A stretch of 64,000 bases of DNA, taken from the NCBI RefSeq assembly GCF_003334305.1, contig NZ_QOWS01000017.1, one strand, 5' to 3'. This document shows, one piece after another, positions 16,761 through 30,843 of this stretch. Under the pieces are notes generated by a model. The model ran no database searches. It saw only the letters and a list, made by a program, of their open reading frames with translations, and was not told the DNA's origin. Made by a program: the position numbers and the translations under genes. The stretch is from Escherichia coli (GTDB lineage Bacteria; Pseudomonadota; Gammaproteobacteria; Enterobacterales; Enterobacteriaceae). The first letter of the stretch is position 1; every line of letters starts with the position of its first letter.

Positions 16761-18959
16761 TTAAACCACATCCGGCAGCTTATCGAGCAGCTTATCCAGA
16801 GTGATGGGATAATCCCGTACCCGAATACCGGTGGCGTTATACACCGCGTTGGCGATAGCCGCGCTCACGCCGCACAGGCCCAGCTCACCGACACCTTTGG
16901 CCTTCATCGGGGAGGATATGGGGTCGGTATCATCCAGGAAAATCACCTCCTGTTTTGGGATATCCGCATGGACCGGCACCTCATACCCCGCCATATCGTG
17001 ATTAACGAAGTAGCCCAAACGGTCATCCACCGCCAGCTCCTCCATCAGTGCCGCGCCCATGCCCATAGTCATTGCGCCAATGACCTGGCTGCGCGCAGTT
17101 TTCGGATTCAGGATGCGTCCTGCAGCACACACAGCGAGCATACGCCGGACCCGAACTTCTCCCGTCGCGCTATGCACGCCGACCTCCACAAAATGCCCGG
17201 CAAAGGTCGACTGCTGGTACTCTTTGCTCAGTGTTCCGAATTCAATGCTCTCTTCCGCTGTCAGTCTGCCGCCTGCGGTGGCTTCATGTAGCGTGGCGCT
17301 TCGGGTACCGTTGGTAATCTTGCCGTCGGCAAACTGCGACTGCTCAGGATCAAACCCGACTGCCGAGGCAATCATTTCGCGAAGCTTCATACAGGCGGCG
17401 TAAACGCCGGAGGTGGAGGTATTCGCGCCCCATTGTCCACCAGAACCCGCAGAAACCGGGAAACTGGAATCGCCGAGGTGAACCGCAACCTGCTCCAGCG
17501 GTACGCCAAGCATTTCCGCTGCCGTCTGGGCCAGAATGGTGTAGCTGCCGGTGCCAATGTCGGTCATGTCCGTTTCTACGGTAACGGTGCCGTTTTGTTC
17601 GAGGTGAACCCGAGCACCCGATTTTTCCAGCAGATTATTGCGAAAGCCCGCCGCAACACCGTGGCCGACTAGCCACTCCCCGTCGCGCACCTGTCCGGGT
17701 GTGGCGTTGCGCTGCTTCCAGCCAAATTTATCCGCTCCGGTGCGCAAGCACTCGATAAGCTGACGGCGAGAGAAGCAGCGCGTCGGGTCGGCGGGGTCAA
17801 CCTGAGTGTCATTCAGGATGCGAAACTCGACGGGATCGATGCCCGCTTTTTCCGCCAGTTCGTCGATCGCGATTTCGAGCGCCATCAGACCGGGGGCTTC
17901 GCCGGGCGCACGCATGGCGTTCCCTTCCGGCAAATCAAGCGTGGCGAGCCGCAGGCCGGTATGACGATTCGCCCCGGCGTAGAGTAATTCGCTTTGCTGT
18001 ACCGCCGTTTCCGGCGTGCCGCCGGGCAGGTTTCCAGACCAGCTTTCATGTGAGATAGCGGTGATTTTCCCGCTCTGGTCGGCACCGATACGCAAGTGCT
18101 GAAGGGTGGCGGGGCGGTGCGTGGTGTTATTGGGAATAGAGGGGCGGGGGAGCATCACTTTAACCGGACGTTTCACCGCTCGGGCGGCGAGGGCCGCCAG
18201 CAGCGCATCGCTTCTCAGGAACAGCTTGCCGCCAAACCCTCCGCCGATATACGGGGAGATAATACGCACATTCTCCACGGGAACTTTCAGCGTTTTTGCC
18301 AGATCGGTGCGGCACCAGTCAATCATCTGATTTGAGGTCCAGAGGGTAAGCTTATTTCCATCCCAGACGGCCATCGAGGCATGCGGCTCCATCGCCATAT
18401 GGCTCTGGTCCGGGGTCGTGTAGGTAGCATCAATCTTCACCGCAGCGGAGGTGAAAGCCCCGTCAAAGTCACCGACGTTTTTGTCGGGCGTGTCTTCCGG
18501 CGGCTGATTGACGGCCTGTTTTTCGTCCGCCAGGGGGTAAGCTCCTTTATTACGGCGATAGTGTGCCTGCACCAGCGAGGCCGCCGCTCGCGCCTGTTCG
18601 AAGGTCTCGGCCACTACCAGCGCAATGGCCTGATGATAGTGCTCAATAGTGGGGCCGCCTAACAGCCTGGCGGTGTTTTTGTCGCCTTTGCCGAGTGCCC
18701 CGGCGTTACTGGCGGTAATGACAGCCAGTACGCCCGGCGCTTTTTGCGCGGCGTCCGTATCAAGGGCGGTGAGGCGTCCTTTGGCAATGGCGGAACCGAC
18801 GATATAGCCATAGGCGGCGTTGGGGGCCTCTTCATGCCATTCGTAGGCGTAGCGTGCCGTGCCGGTAGTTTTCAGCGGTCCGTCGATGCGGTCATGGGGA
18901 CGACCGACAACCTTCAGCTGATCGATCGGGTTTTCCCCTGCGGGTTTATCAAATTTCAT
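16761..18959 (-). CDS. paoC: periplasmic aldehyde oxidoreductase, molybdopterin subunit
   Basis: 732 aa; operon context. Confidence 0.9.
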   Translation of the reverse strand: MKFDKPAGENPIDQLKVVGRPHDRIDGPLKTTGTARYAYEWHEEAPNAAYGYIVGSAIAKGRLTALDTDAAQKAPGVLAVITASNAGALGKGDKNTARLLGGPTIEHYHQAIALVVAETFEQARAAASLVQAHYRRNKGAYPLADEKQAVNQPPEDTPDKNVGDFDGAFTSAAVKIDATYTTPDQSHMAMEPHASMAVWDGNKLTLWTSNQMIDWCRTDLAKTLKVPVENVRIISPYIGGGFGGKLFLRSDALLAALAARAVKRPVKVMLPRPSIPNNTTHRPATLQHLRIGADQSGKITAISHESWSGNLPGGTPETAVQQSELLYAGANRHTGLRLATLDLPEGNAMRAPGEAPGLMALEIAIDELAEKAGIDPVEFRILNDTQVDPADPTRCFSRRQLIECLRTGADKFGWKQRNATPGQVRDGEWLVGHGVAAGFRNNLLEKSGARVHLEQNGTVTVETDMTDIGTGSYTILAQTAAEMLGVPLEQVAVHLGDSSFPVSAGSGGQWGANTSTSGVYAACMKLREMIASAVGFDPEQSQFADGKITNGTRSATLHEATAGGRLTAEESIEFGTLSKEYQQSTFAGHFVEVGVHSATGEVRVRRMLAVCAAGRILNPKTARSQVIGAMTMGMGAALMEELAVDDRLGYFVNHDMAGYEVPVHADIPKQEVIFLDDTDPISSPMKAKGVGELGLCGVSAAIANAVYNATGIRVRDYPITLDKLLDKLPDVV

Positions 18960-19912
18960 GCCTGTGCCCTCGCTTCAGCCAGTACGGAGGCAAGCGTTCG
19001 CTTCGCCAACAGGAGTTTAAAGGTGTTTTCAGCGGTGGGATGGGCGCTGGCGAACAGCGTGTCATATACGGCCTGCGCCCCCTGGGATAGCTGAGCATCC
19101 GCAGCCTCAATGCGCCAGGGCTTATGTGCTACTCCGCCCAGCGCGACGCGCCCGCTGCCGTCAGGCTGAATAATCGCCGCGACCGATACCAGGGCAAAGG
19201 CGTAGGAGGCGCGATCGCGCACCTTACGGTAGATATGTTTTCCGCCGAGCGGTGGAGGTAACGTCACCGCAACGATAAGCTCACCGGGAAGCAGGGCGGT
19301 TTCAATGTGCGGCGTTTTCCCCGGTGGGTGATAAAAATCAGCCAGTGTGATACTGCGAGTCTTTCCCTCCGGCGTGATGGTTTCCACCACCGCATCCAGC
19401 AACCGCATTGCGACCGCCATATCGCTCGGATGGGTGGCTATGCAGGCTTCACTTACGCCTACCACCGCGTGCTGACGGCTAAAGCCTTCAAGCGCCGCGC
19501 AGCCGCTCCCGGGCAGGCGCTTATTGCAGGGCTGATTGGTGTCGTAAAAATAGGGGCAGCGCGTGCGCTGGAGCAGATTACCTGCGGTGGTTGCCTGATT
19601 ACGTAACTGACCAGATGCGCCAGCGAGCAGGGCGCGGGAGAGTACCGCGTAATCACGACGCACGCGCTCGTGAGCCGCCAGGTCGGTGTTCCGTACCAGT
19701 GCGCCGATGCGCAGCCCACCCGCGTCGGTCACTTCAATCTTATCGAGCCCGAGGCCGTTCACATCGATAAGGTGGGTGGGCGTTTCAATTTCCAGCTTCA
19801 TCAGGTCCAGCAGATTGGTCCCGCCCGCGATAAATTTTGCGCCGGGTACGCGCTGAGCGCTAAGTGCCGCCTCGGCTGGGGTGTTCACTCGTTCATAGGT
19901 AAACGCCTTCAT
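18956..19912 (-). CDS. paoB: periplasmic aldehyde oxidoreductase, FAD-binding subunit
   Basis: 318 aa; 4-bp overlaps with paoA and paoC. Confidence 0.9.
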   Translation of the reverse strand: MKAFTYERVNTPAEAALSAQRVPGAKFIAGGTNLLDLMKLEIETPTHLIDVNGLGLDKIEVTDAGGLRIGALVRNTDLAAHERVRRDYAVLSRALLAGASGQLRNQATTAGNLLQRTRCPYFYDTNQPCNKRLPGSGCAALEGFSRQHAVVGVSEACIATHPSDMAVAMRLLDAVVETITPEGKTRSITLADFYHPPGKTPHIETALLPGELIVAVTLPPPLGGKHIYRKVRDRASYAFALVSVAAIIQPDGSGRVALGGVAHKPWRIEAADAQLSQGAQAVYDTLFASAHPTAENTFKLLLAKRTLASVLAEARAQA

Positions 19913-20598
19913 GATTTTATCTCCCCCGCAGCATCTTCAATGGCGGCAAGGATGTTAGCGTATGCACCACAGCGACAGATGTTGCCGCTCATACGTTCAC
20001 GGATCTCATCGGCAGTTGTTTCTGGAGCGGAAACCAAATCGACCGTGACGTGACTGGGAATGCCGTCCTGAATCTCTTTTAGCACCGCTACTGATGAGCA
20101 AATTTGCCCGGAGGTGCAGTAGCCGCACTGGAAGCCATCATGCTTGATAAAGGCCGCCTGCATGGGGTGAAGATTATCTGGCGAACCCAGGCCTTCAATG
20201 GTGGTGATCTCGGCCCCCTGATGCATGACTGCAAGCGTCAGGCAGGCATTAAGCCTGCGACCATTGACCAGCACGGTACAGGCTCCGCACTGTCCGTGAT
20301 CGCAACCTTTCTTGGTACCGATCAAATGCAGATTTTCACGCAAAGCGTCCAGTAGCGTGGTTCGGGTATCCACCTCAAGCTGCTCGGTTTTGCCGTTCAC
20401 CTTCAGTGTCAGGGGCATTATCTCTGGCGCGGGTGTAGCTGCCGGAACGCTTGCCGCCAGCGTAGAATGAGGATAAACCACGGCGGTCGCCGCTGTTGCG
20501 GCGCTCACTTTAATCAGATCGCGACGGGTCAAACTTAAATCGTGCGGCTCGTGCTTCCCAACCCGATTATCTTCGGGGTATTCGCCTTGGTTGCTCAT
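19909..20598 (-). CDS. paoA: periplasmic aldehyde oxidoreductase, 2Fe-2S subunit with Tat signal
   Basis: 229 aa; twin-arginine motif [17 protein letters not shown]; Cys clusters [10 protein letters not shown] and CGYC. Confidence 0.9.
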   Translation of the reverse strand: MSNQGEYPEDNRVGKHEPHDLSLTRRDLIKVSAATAATAVVYPHSTLAASVPAATPAPEIMPLTLKVNGKTEQLEVDTRTTLLDALRENLHLIGTKKGCDHGQCGACTVLVNGRRLNACLTLAVMHQGAEITTIEGLGSPDNLHPMQAAFIKHDGFQCGYCTSGQICSSVAVLKEIQDGIPSHVTVDLVSAPETTADEIRERMSGNICRCGAYANILAAIEDAAGEIKS

Positions 20599-21015
20599 AC
20601 CAGGCCTCCGGTATTCTAAAGGGGAAAATAAGAGTGCGTTGCGAGAGTGCTGATGCTTTTTTAAATGTTAAGCATAGTCGGCGACAGCAGGAGGATTATT
20701 CTTAAAACGCGAATGCAGCTATGAGCCCGGCTAATAAATTCATGTTCGCCGGGATGTTGATGATGATGGGAGCTGGTTTATTGCTTTAGTTGTACGATGC
20801 AAAAACCAATAAGGAAACCTGTGATTTTCAGCTCTGCATCACCCTGCAAATCTCTGTCACTTCTAATATAAAAATAGGGAGAAATGATGGAGCTTATATT
20901 CATTGGCGATTAGGAAACCATCTTGTTATACAAAACAATACAGTTCTTTACATTTGCCTTGTTTTATGAATACTCCTGAAGAGGTGTATAACATAATGGT
21001 ACAAGCAGGGTAGAT

Positions 21016-21630
21016 ATGAATATATTTGAACAAACTCCACCGAACCGCAGACGTTATGGTCTTGCTGCATTCATTGGGCTGATTGCTGGCGTTGTTTCCG
21101 CATTCGTGAAGTGGGGGGCTGAAGTTCCATTGCCGCCACGTAGCCCGGTGGATATGTTTAATGCAGCGTGTGGCCCGGAATCATTAATCAGGGCTGCAGG
21201 CCAAATTGATTGCTCGCGTAATTTTCTCAATCCACCGTATATTTTTCTTCGAGACTGGTTGGGGCTGACAGATCCCAATGCGGCTGTTTATACCTTTGCC
21301 GGGCATGTCTTTAACTGGGTTGGTGTTACGCACATTATCTTTTCGATAGTGTTTGCTGTCGGTTATTGTGTGGTCGCTGAAGTATTTCCAAAAATTAAAC
21401 TCTGGCAGGGCTTACTGGCAGGTGCTTTAGCCCAACTTTTTGTTCATATGATTTCATTCCCTCTCATGGGACTGACGCCACCTCTGTTTGATCTCCCGTG
21501 GTATGAGAATGTTTCTGAAATTTTTGGACATTTAGTCTGGTTCTGGTCTATTGAAATTATTCGCAGAGATTTACGAAACAGAATTACTCATGAGCCAGAC
21601 CCTGAGATCCCTTTAGGCTCAAACAGATAA
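21016..21630 (+). CDS. yagU: inner membrane protein YagU
   Basis: 204 aa with several hydrophobic segments; divergent from the pao operon. Confidence 0.85.
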
Positions 21631-21644
21631 TGCATTGAATGATA

Positions 21645-21672
21645 AAAATGGCGCAAATACAGCGCCATTTTT
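21645..21672 (+). terminator. rho-independent terminator after yagU
   Basis: GGCGC-aaataca-GCGCC hairpin followed by ATTTTTA. Confidence 0.55.
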
Positions 21673-21877
21673 ATAGGTTAAAAACATTGCTTTTTATATT
21701 CTGATGCAGATAGTCAGTGAGTATATCGCGCTACTTCAGGATGATGTAGATCCGAAGAACGCTACAGAAGAGAGGCATTGTTGCTGGCAAATAGAAGAAG
21801 TATCGGGTTTTGTTACCCCTGAAAAACGAAGCCCCGCTATTATCGCTGGCGGGGCATTGCAATTAATTATTGTATGT

Positions 21878-22207
21878 TTATAACGGTGTCAGCCCGTATT
21901 TAGCCCTTGCACGATTGCAAGCCTCATTGACGACTCCGTTCTCACCAGACATGGCGAATTCTCTGCATGTGGACGATCGATTTTTATATATCGTGCAGCA
22001 GGCATTTTTGCCCGGGGTTCCTGCAAGGGCAATACATCGGGGGTTTTTCTGATTGGTACCGCTCATGCATCGGTGAAAAGGGGATATTTGTTCAGTGAGC
22101 CTGGCGGGAATAGTACCGCCAGCATCGTCGGCTTCGGCCCAGTAAAAAGAGACGCGGAAAAATGCACAACAGGCACCACACGTCATGCATGGATTCAGAT
22201 TGCTCAT
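21878..22207 (-). CDS. ykgJ: Cys-rich ferredoxin-like protein YkgJ
   Basis: 109 aa with CMTCGACC and further Cys pairs. Confidence 0.8.
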
Positions 22208-22519
22208 AATTCACCAGTACAGCTAAAAATCGTAAAGAGAACAGCGGTACATCGTATGTAAGAACGTACCGCGGTTGGCTGGGGAACTTTCGATAGTGTG
22301 AGTATTGAATGATTTCCAGCCGTTACCGATTTTACGTACTAATTCGTGATTAAACCACTCGTTAGCAGGCTGCCTGATACCTTTCCGTGTCTCCTGAACA
22401 CTATGGTGTGCATATGAGAAAGCCCATCGTTACAGGTGATATTGACGATCGCTTCCACATCATTTAAACGATTTTTGGGGCTCTGAGGTGGAATTCTTCC
22501 CTCGACCGATGGATAAGTC

Positions 22520-23230
22520 TTAGTCCGCCGAAGGGGGCTTAGCCGGACAGGAATCGCTAATCTTAATGAATTTGTCGTTATAGACCAGATAATGATTCCC
22601 CGGCTGACGTAACTCAGGCTGATGAACCACGTCTCCCGGACGTAGATACCAGGCATCGCCTTCCTCTTCGGTCGAATCACATCCTGGCTTAATCAGTAGC
22701 TTAAACCATGTGTTGCCAGTGTTACTTACCGTTCCTGTCACCTTGTCGAAGGACCATTTAAACTGAACCTGACGTGGTCGTACTACCAGAATGGTATCCA
22801 TCACCACCACCGGCTCCGTGCTGACCTCGCCGCCGGTTGGGCTACGTCTTGTCTGGTTACGAGTGGGGACTTCGCGAAATGAGACCCGGTAGTAGCGCTC
22901 GCGGTTATCCCGTGGACCATGATAGTAAAATTTAAAATACTCGCTCTCACCAGCCTGCAACGCCAGTTGGCGGGGGGCGAAAAGCAGTTCACCATCCACC
23001 GGTCGGGTGCGCAATTCACTGCTGCCCGGGCTATCAATAGCACTGATGGCAATACGGTATATCCGTGCGCTTTTGTTGTTATTCACTACACGTTTGCTGA
23101 CAAAGTCAGTCTCGGACGGCAGCGAAAATGTCAGATTGCCGACCGAAATCGCCTGTGTCAAAGGTGCCGCCAGCATACAGACCGCTGTCAGCAGGGCTTT
23201 AGTTAATGTTACGCCACGTCGCCTGAACAT
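22520..23230 (-). CDS. ecpE: E. coli common pilus chaperone EcpE
   Basis: Start taken at MFRRRG (236 aa) with signal peptide; last gene of the ecp operon. Confidence 0.85.
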   Translation of the reverse strand: MFRRRGVTLTKALLTAVCMLAAPLTQAISVGNLTFSLPSETDFVSKRVVNNNKSARIYRIAISAIDSPGSSELRTRPVDGELLFAPRQLALQAGESEYFKFYYHGPRDNRERYYRVSFREVPTRNQTRRSPTGGEVSTEPVVVMDTILVVRPRQVQFKWSFDKVTGTVSNTGNTWFKLLIKPGCDSTEEEGDAWYLRPGDVVHQPELRQPGNHYLVYNDKFIKISDSCPAKPPSAD

Positions 23231-24842
23231 GAATCTCTCCTGAAGCGCTGACTTCGCCAAACCAGCCGTTATCATCTACCGTACGCAGCGAAATGGCGTT
23301 ATCCATTGGAATCGAAAATTTGACTGTGGTCTTATCCATCTGCCCCACTTCGCCAGAGATATCAGTCCACGGTGTGGTCAACCACAGCGCATCGGTCATA
23401 TCCCGCCAGCTATCATCGCACCCGGCATCGTAGGTTTTTGTAGCTCCGTTGCGGGTAATAAAGGAAAGTGTCGCCGGGAACGGTACTTTCGCCTTACCGT
23501 CATCGGAGCTGAAGACACAATAGGAGCGCCCGCCAATCACCTGCGCGGGTCCGGTCACCTTGATCAGCACTTCGTCGGCAGCTGTTTTACCGCTGGTGGT
23601 TACGATATAGCCGAAATCGAGTGCCGACTCGCCGCTGCCAACATATCCCTCCCGCGACGGTGTCTGAGTATATTCATCGGAGATAATACTGATGCTGAAA
23701 TCACGGGGTTTGATAATCAGCGTGTTGGAGGTAGAAAATTCATACCAGCCAGACTCCGGTGATGTGGTGTTCTGAAAGCGAAAGTTGAATAGATCTTTGG
23801 TGTTGATATCGCTGATCCCGAGGTTCACCATCTGCTTAAAGAAGTTGCTCGAGAAGAAAACATAGATCGAGTCTGCGCTCTTCATCTCGTTGAAGGTGTA
23901 GTAATAGGCGGTATTGCTCACCGGTTTCCATGAACTGCCATTCAGACTGAACTGCATATCGTACGCCCCGACGGCCGAGGCTAACGACGAGTTGGCGATC
24001 GCCGGGAATATATGGATTGAGGTGTTGCTGAGTCCGTTTGTTTGCAGGGTATAGTTGACCATCTTACAACTTAATCCTGAAAGGCTGCCGATGGTCTGTG
24101 TCCGGCAGTCGGCGTTCCCTTCGCCCAGAGTCGGTACTCCGTCGCTGTTGATAAATACCTCCGCCAGCGAGTGGGTATTTATTAACCGCAGATTTGCTGC
24201 TTTCGTATGGGTGACGTTGCGAACATACCAGTTGCCGGTGGCCTGATCCTTACAGCGTGCGCCGCTGCTGGCGTCATAGTTCACAGAGGTCTGGCAGGCA
24301 TTGATGGTCATTGTAAAGCTGCTGCCGACGGGCATTTGTTGCAGATACTGGTAAAACGCGTCTGACAACATGCCGTGCATCCACTTCGCGCCGCCGCTGG
24401 TCACCGTCGCGCCATAAAATCCACTGGCGTCGGTGGTTTGCGGCAGGATAAGACTGGTGGTCATATTACACCCAGCGTACCAGTTGATGCAGCGCAAGCC
24501 AGTTAAAGGAGATGAAACTGGTGAATTTTCCAGCCACATATCAAACTTCCAGTTGGTATAAAGGCCGGTGTTGTAACCGTTATCAATGTAGCCGAGGCTT
24601 TGCTGATAGATGGTTCCTGAACCAGTGTATTTTAAACCGGTCCAGCGGTTGGCACCGGTCAGGCGCGGATCCAGCGCCCCGCCAGGAGTGACGAAAAAGT
24701 TGTCGTCTGAGTTGTTTTCGACAAACACAAACTCGCGTGCCGGTGCATCCGCCCAGGTTGTTTTGCTCACTGCCGCTCTGAGCTCAGTTACTGGCCAGAT
24801 TAGCGCGAAAATTATCATCGTTATTAGTAGGTTAACTCTCAT
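23199..24842 (-). CDS. ecpD: E. coli common pilus tip adhesin EcpD
   Basis: 547 aa with signal peptide; operon order. Confidence 0.9.
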   Translation of the reverse strand: MRVNLLITMIIFALIWPVTELRAAVSKTTWADAPAREFVFVENNSDDNFFVTPGGALDPRLTGANRWTGLKYTGSGTIYQQSLGYIDNGYNTGLYTNWKFDMWLENSPVSSPLTGLRCINWYAGCNMTTSLILPQTTDASGFYGATVTSGGAKWMHGMLSDAFYQYLQQMPVGSSFTMTINACQTSVNYDASSGARCKDQATGNWYVRNVTHTKAANLRLINTHSLAEVFINSDGVPTLGEGNADCRTQTIGSLSGLSCKMVNYTLQTNGLSNTSIHIFPAIANSSLASAVGAYDMQFSLNGSSWKPVSNTAYYYTFNEMKSADSIYVFFSSNFFKQMVNLGISDINTKDLFNFRFQNTTSPESGWYEFSTSNTLIIKPRDFSISIISDEYTQTPSREGYVGSGESALDFGYIVTTSGKTAADEVLIKVTGPAQVIGGRSYCVFSSDDGKAKVPFPATLSFITRNGATKTYDAGCDDSWRDMTDALWLTTPWTDISGEVGQMDKTTVKFSIPMDNAISLRTVDDNGWFGEVSASGEIHVQATWRNIN

Positions 24843-27357
24843 TCTCTTCTCCTGTCTGCGTCACCGCCGCCCACGATGAGAGGCCGCTGCAGACCACATC
24901 ACCGACCCAGACGGCACCGCGCGCCTGGTTGAGTTCCAGTGCCACTTCGCAGGTTTTATTGCCACTGTAGCGAAAATCGATAGTGGGATATTTCTTATCC
25001 ACGTCCATGACAAACTCGCCGTTTTCATCGGTTCGGGTTCGGCCGATATGGTTGTTAATCCGTGCGTTAGCCAGCAGTGTGCCGTCTTCCGCACGGATAC
25101 GACCGGAGACGGTAACCATCTGCTTCACCTCTGGCTCAATGACAGCGACATTGCCTGGATAGAGAGTCAGATGGCTTTTGCGGCCGCTGACGATATCGTA
25201 GCTGTCGAGTGAGTTTTTGCTGTTCTGTAACTCCACCTCATATCTTCCATAGGGAGAGAGCGGGAGATAGTTACGCTTGCCGTTAAGCGGGAAAATCCGC
25301 CCGTTGATTTTGGCGCTGATCTGACCGTCGTCCTCCAGCCCGGTGTTGAATATCACCCCAGCGTTGCCATCAGTCCGCCCGCTGGCAGCGATGTTTTTAC
25401 CCTGCCAGCCGACGCTGCCATTGGCGGTCAAGTTGGTATTGATGTAGCCGTCCGCCGCGCTATTGACGTTCAGCGTTCCGCTGGCGTAACGAGCGTCGAA
25501 CTGTGCATACGCCCCACCGCTGAGGGTTTTGTCATCACCGGTATCGCCGGAGATGGCACGTGACAGATTGGCACCAACAGTGCGAATGGTTCCTTCATCA
25601 AACTGTTTGCGTGCTGACAGGTTTGCCATGGTGTAGCCGTTTTGATGGGTCATCCCTGCGCTAAACCAGTTGCCCAGTGGTAGCGAGAGATCGAGAGCGA
25701 TATATTTCCCTGTATTGGCGTTGCTGTCGCCGTTGTTATAGCGCTGAATACCGGCCCGCAGGCCAAGCGAACCAAAGGTACCGCTGTAGACATTTTGATA
25801 GTAATCTGCCGTGTAATAATGGCTGTTGTAACGGCGGTCATCATTGTAGCTGATGCTGAATGTGCCCAGCTTCGACCACAGTGAGTTCAGGTTGAGTGTG
25901 CCGCCGATTGCACGGTTGTCGGCATCGCTACGTCGCAATTGATTGCCAATGCGGGTTTTTTCCTGGTTAACCCACAGCGAACTAAAGCCTCCCGGTAGAG
26001 TGGCGCTGATGCTGCCGATGCTGCTCCATGAGCTGTCACTGGCCAGCATATTTTGCAGGTTAACGTTGATCGCCCCCCCAAGCGGCAGCGTCAGACGGGT
26101 TTCACCCACCGCCTGATTATCGTATCCATATCCCGTTGCCGCCCAGCTAAGCGTACTCAATGAGCCGGAGGTCGAGGCACCTGCTAGCCAACTCTCTTTA
26201 GCTGGTCGCGTCTTTTTCCCGTTTTCCGACCAGCGATCCATATGAAAGCTACCGCCCCATACCTGCCACGCCAGTGGTGCACCGACGCCGCGCCCCCGGC
26301 TAAACAGCTTATTGACCCGCTGGGGGCGTTTGCTGATCACGCGACCGTTAACGATCACCTCAACTTCCACATCGTAAATCCCGTACGGTAGACCCCGGGT
26401 ATCCACTTCATGATTGCCCATAGTGAAGTTCTGAACGCTTAGTAGCCGCCCATCACGGGTGAGATGTACTTCGCCCGCCGCCGGTAAAAAGGCGATCACT
26501 GGCGTGGCTGACTGGCTGCTGTCGAAGATGGTGGAGCTGGCCTGGTTTCCCCAGGAAAGGCCGTAAATCTTCCCTGCTGAAATGGCGGTCATCGGCCCTA
26601 AGGACTGCAAGTTCCAGGTGTCGAGCATTCCACCGGCAAATCGGTGACCGGCAAAATCGCGTTCATACATCGCTTTATATAATTCACTGTCCTGTTGACC
26701 GCTACCGATCCCGTACAGCGAGCCGTCGAGCACCACATGATGTTCGCGCAGCGCAGTAACGTTATTCAGCGACAGATAGCTGGATGTGTTGCTCCCGCCG
26801 TTACGCAACTGGTTGTTATAGACGCCCAAGTTATAGCTCAGATTACTGCTGAGGGTGTTAACACTGGACTGCCCGATGTCTTCGCTACGTGAGCGTAGTA
26901 CGGTGCCCAGCGCTTCGCGCTTGACCACCAGCTGCAGCAGCAGTTGGCGCAAGCTGAGATCCAGCTGCGCGTTGTCAGTCAGGGGGATGGTAAGGGCCTC
27001 ATTGAACGGGGCGTTGGCCAGAGCCATCAGCTGCTGTCGAGTTTGTTCGCTGACACTGGCGTTATCTTCACTCTCTTCCAGCTGTATTTTCCGGATGCGT
27101 AGCTGTCCATCATCCAGCCAGATAAAAGCGCTGCCGATTCGCTGATCGTCCTGGCGACCCTGGCTACCGGCGAGATGAATATAGAGCGGGACGCTCATGC
27201 CGTCCTGAAGCGCCTGACTGAAGGCCTGCGGAATAATCACCCCACCTATTTGCTGCGCACTTATGTCAGCAGCGCTGGCATCGGGTTGAACGAACAAAAA
27301 GACCATGCCGAAGGCAAACTGGGCTTTCAGTCCTGGGGAGAACCGTCGTAAAGGCAT
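24832..27357 (-). CDS. ecpC: E. coli common pilus usher EcpC
   Basis: 841 aa; operon order. Confidence 0.9.
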   Translation of the reverse strand: MPLRRFSPGLKAQFAFGMVFLFVQPDASAADISAQQIGGVIIPQAFSQALQDGMSVPLYIHLAGSQGRQDDQRIGSAFIWLDDGQLRIRKIQLEESEDNASVSEQTRQQLMALANAPFNEALTIPLTDNAQLDLSLRQLLLQLVVKREALGTVLRSRSEDIGQSSVNTLSSNLSYNLGVYNNQLRNGGSNTSSYLSLNNVTALREHHVVLDGSLYGIGSGQQDSELYKAMYERDFAGHRFAGGMLDTWNLQSLGPMTAISAGKIYGLSWGNQASSTIFDSSQSATPVIAFLPAAGEVHLTRDGRLLSVQNFTMGNHEVDTRGLPYGIYDVEVEVIVNGRVISKRPQRVNKLFSRGRGVGAPLAWQVWGGSFHMDRWSENGKKTRPAKESWLAGASTSGSLSTLSWAATGYGYDNQAVGETRLTLPLGGAINVNLQNMLASDSSWSSIGSISATLPGGFSSLWVNQEKTRIGNQLRRSDADNRAIGGTLNLNSLWSKLGTFSISYNDDRRYNSHYYTADYYQNVYSGTFGSLGLRAGIQRYNNGDSNANTGKYIALDLSLPLGNWFSAGMTHQNGYTMANLSARKQFDEGTIRTVGANLSRAISGDTGDDKTLSGGAYAQFDARYASGTLNVNSAADGYINTNLTANGSVGWQGKNIAASGRTDGNAGVIFNTGLEDDGQISAKINGRIFPLNGKRNYLPLSPYGRYEVELQNSKNSLDSYDIVSGRKSHLTLYPGNVAVIEPEVKQMVTVSGRIRAEDGTLLANARINNHIGRTRTDENGEFVMDVDKKYPTIDFRYSGNKTCEVALELNQARGAVWVGDVVCSGLSSWAAVTQTGEENES

Positions 27358-27382
27358 TGTCGTTATCCATCTGCACAGCTAT

Positions 27383-28051
27383 CTATTTCACGGGAATGAA
27401 CTTATCACCCTGCCAAAGTGCAACCCGTCCTTTGTTATCCGCAGTGTCCACACGGGTAAAACGACGCGACTTGCCCGGCATCAGGTAGTAATTCTCTTTA
27501 CACTCCTTACCGTTGGCGGCTTTCAGGCAAGGGCCGTAGGCGAGGATCCGCAGCGTCGCATTTCCTGTATTTGTCAGGGAGCCGTTGGCGTACTGAAAGT
27601 GGTAGTTCGCCTGGCGAGGGGCGACGACCAGAATGGTGCCGATGCGGGCGGAAGCAGTGGCCACAGCGCTGCGGTTGGCATTATCGCGCTGCGCATCACT
27701 GAGGGCCTGATCAAACCAGACAATGCGGTAGTAGCGCTCTTTTTCATCTGCGGGTCCCTTATAGAAGAAGCGGATCACTTCGCTGGCTTGGGCGGGTAGC
27801 AGCAAGCTGGCGGGAGTGAGTAGCAACTCATCCGGCTTGTCCATTGAGATAACCTGCCCGTCGTCAAGCGGTGAAGAGAGCCGTTCGAGACGGATATTGA
27901 TAAGGCGACCACTGTCGGTACTGTTTTTGATCGTTTTGCTCAGCGTGCTGCTGTCACTGTTCATAAACGATGATATATCGCCGACATCCAGCGCCTGGGC
28001 CGGAGGTATTCCGGAAAACAGCAGAGCGAGAGGCAGAAGGTGCTTTTTCAT
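27383..28051 (-). CDS. ecpB: E. coli common pilus chaperone EcpB
   Basis: 222 aa with signal peptide. Confidence 0.9.
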   Translation of the reverse strand: MKKHLLPLALLFSGIPPAQALDVGDISSFMNSDSSTLSKTIKNSTDSGRLINIRLERLSSPLDDGQVISMDKPDELLLTPASLLLPAQASEVIRFFYKGPADEKERYYRIVWFDQALSDAQRDNANRSAVATASARIGTILVVAPRQANYHFQYANGSLTNTGNATLRILAYGPCLKAANGKECKENYYLMPGKSRRFTRVDTADNKGRVALWQGDKFIPVK

Positions 28052-28108
28052 AACAATTCCGTCCAGGAATAAAGCAGGGGGGCTACCCCTGCTGGTACAT
28101 CAGAGAGA

Positions 28109-28696
28109 TTAACTGGTCCAGGTCGCGTCGAACTGTACGCTAACGTCGCCGCTCCAGATGCCTTCCGGTAGAGTGCTGTAATCGGTTACTGCGGTGGTAC
28201 CATTGGTGGTGCCGCTGATGATGGTGAAGGTGAAACCATCCTGTGCGGTGGTACGATTGCTGGCATTGTAACCGTTAGCCAGCGGGCTAAGGTTGCCGCC
28301 CAGTACGCCGTTGGCGGTATCGATCATCACGGTATCGCCAGTTTTTTCGACTGCCGCGCCGTTATAATCCACGCCCACATTCAGTGTGGAACCTGAGGTA
28401 TCCAACTGGGTTAATGTGTTGGTGATAAGACGTGAGGTCAGTTTAAAGGCGGTAGCCGTTGAGTCACCCTCGATAGCCACGTCAAATAGACCTTTCTGTG
28501 AGTTAAAACCTTTAATGCCTTCGGCATACTGGAACGCCAGGCTACCGAGTGGCGTCACAACCAGCTTACTGGTGGTGTCTTTTTTGGCTGTTGCCGACCA
28601 GGTCGCTACAGCCTGAGCTGTTACGTCAGCAGCCTGCGCCACACCCATGCCGGTAAACACCGTTACCAGAGCTATTGCCAGAACCTTTTTTTTCAT
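28109..28696 (-). CDS. ecpA: E. coli common pilus major subunit EcpA (MatB)
   Basis: 195 aa starting [22 protein letters not shown]. Confidence 0.9.
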   Translation of the reverse strand: MKKKVLAIALVTVFTGMGVAQAADVTAQAVATWSATAKKDTTSKLVVTPLGSLAFQYAEGIKGFNSQKGLFDVAIEGDSTATAFKLTSRLITNTLTQLDTSGSTLNVGVDYNGAAVEKTGDTVMIDTANGVLGGNLSPLANGYNASNRTTAQDGFTFTIISGTTNGTTAVTDYSTLPEGIWSGDVSVQFDATWTS

Positions 28697-28770
28697 TGCA
28701 TTTCTTCCCGAGTTGAATTGAGGACGTGATGTCCCAGTGAGTCATTTTTTAAAACTAACTTGCCTGGAGT

Positions 28771-29382
<612 letters not shown>

Positions 29383-30399
29383 TTACAGGTGCATTCAGTT
29401 TCCTTAGTAAACCGGAAGTAAATAAGATACGTAGTACATATCAATAAAGGTTAAACGAGATTAAGTTTAATTATTTTCGATTGGGCTTAAATTTATGTTT
29501 TTTTCCCGATGAGTGTCAATATGTGAACGGAAAAGGAATTCAATGGTTAAGTCAATATTTAGAAAAACTGAAAATATTGCTTTTTTGATAAGAAGAAAAA
29601 GACATTTGGTTTCATAAGGTTATTGGCAATATAACGTTCAATTCTTACTTGCATTTTATATTGGTCAGGAACTTTGCCCTGAAGTGTTAGGAATAGTCTT
29701 AATGCGCTGTGTGATGGACTAGTAAAAAAAACAAGTTTTAAGGGTAAGGGATAGAATATAAAACTATAATGAGCTGTCATTGAAGATGATTTGCCAATCA
29801 GTAAGAAATTTTAATGGATTAACATGCCGCACAAAATGGTTATAGGTGTTCATTACAATAAGTGATGGAAAATTGAACGGGCGTATGTACGTCATCTGTT
29901 CGGTAAGACCCCCAAGAGCCAGATTAAGTGAAGTTAAACGAAGGCTGCCAGCTGTCACAGGAACGATGGCCTCTTTGTCAGGGCACTGAGTGCAGTTATC
30001 TGTGCGCGTTACTCTAACTGGCACTCGAACGTCGGCGATGGGCTTACCGGTGGATCAAACTGTTCCTGTGGCGTAAACGTTTTTATGTTAGTACCAACAG
30101 ATTTACCACATTTATCATCTTAACAGTTTGAGTGAAAACGCAGGCTGCGCCGCAAAGGGAGGAGACTGAGTGGCGTGTTCAGTCTAAAAGAGGGTTGATG
30201 CCAGCATACAGGGGCGAAGCTGGTCAACAAGTCAACATTAAGATAATGGAATATTCGGAGAGAAACGTCAGGCAGTTGGCCTCAAATGAACAGGAAGAAT
30301 ATATCCCCAGGAAAATTAATGTTGGTGTTATAAACACACCAACATTAATCCGATCTGATTATTAATCAGACAAATATCGTTAATTCGTCGAATTTTGAA

Positions 30400-30540
30400 T
30401 CAACGTTTTTTCTTACGACCCTGAACGGCCTTAAAACGTGGATTAGATTTACAAATCACATACAACCGTCCTTTTCGCTTCACAATCTGACAGTCTTGAT
30501 GGCGTTCTTTTGCGGTACGCAGAGAGTTAAGAACTTTCAT
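30400..30540 (-). CDS. rpmJ2: ribosomal protein L36 paralog
   Basis: 46-aa [49 protein letters not shown] translated by hand; start overlaps the rpmE2 stop. Confidence 0.8.
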   Translation of the reverse strand: MKVLNSLRTAKERHQDCQIVKRKGRLYVICKSNPRFKAVQGRKKKR

Positions 30541-30806
30541 TACGCCCCCTTTTTCGTGCTAACAAAACGACCAAAACGTTGGGTGAACCGTGCAACATTT
30601 CCTTCTGATGCCACTGTTCTCAGCTTCCCTGTATAGAACGGGTGCGATTTCGAAGAGACATCAATTGTTACGTACGGATACGTTACGCCATCCAGCTCAA
30701 TCTCACGGTCTGTTTTGATAGTCGAGCCGATTTTAAAGTACTCATCAACACTGGTGTCGTGGAACACCACAGTACGATACTCAGGATGGATATTGGGCTT
30801 CATCAT
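30540..30806 (-). CDS. rpmE2: ribosomal protein L31 paralog (zinc-independent)
   Basis: 88 aa starting [18 protein letters not shown]. Confidence 0.85.
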
Positions 30807-30820
30807 TTTTACCTGTTATG

Positions 30821-30843
30821 TTATAACATAACCATAAAGATAC
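30821..30843. promoter_or_regulatory. Zur box upstream of rpmE2-rpmJ2
   Basis: Perfect palindrome ATGTTATAACAT at 30827-30838 within TGTTATGTTATAACATAACC, about 20 bp upstream of the rpmE2 start. Confidence 0.6.

Noticed and set aside
29559-30365. Small track ORFs (73, 86 and 77 aa) between ecpR and rpmJ2
   Set aside because: No RBS or motifs; this is the long AT-rich ecpR upstream regulatory region. One could correspond to a small annotated y-gene, but I cannot support that from sequence.
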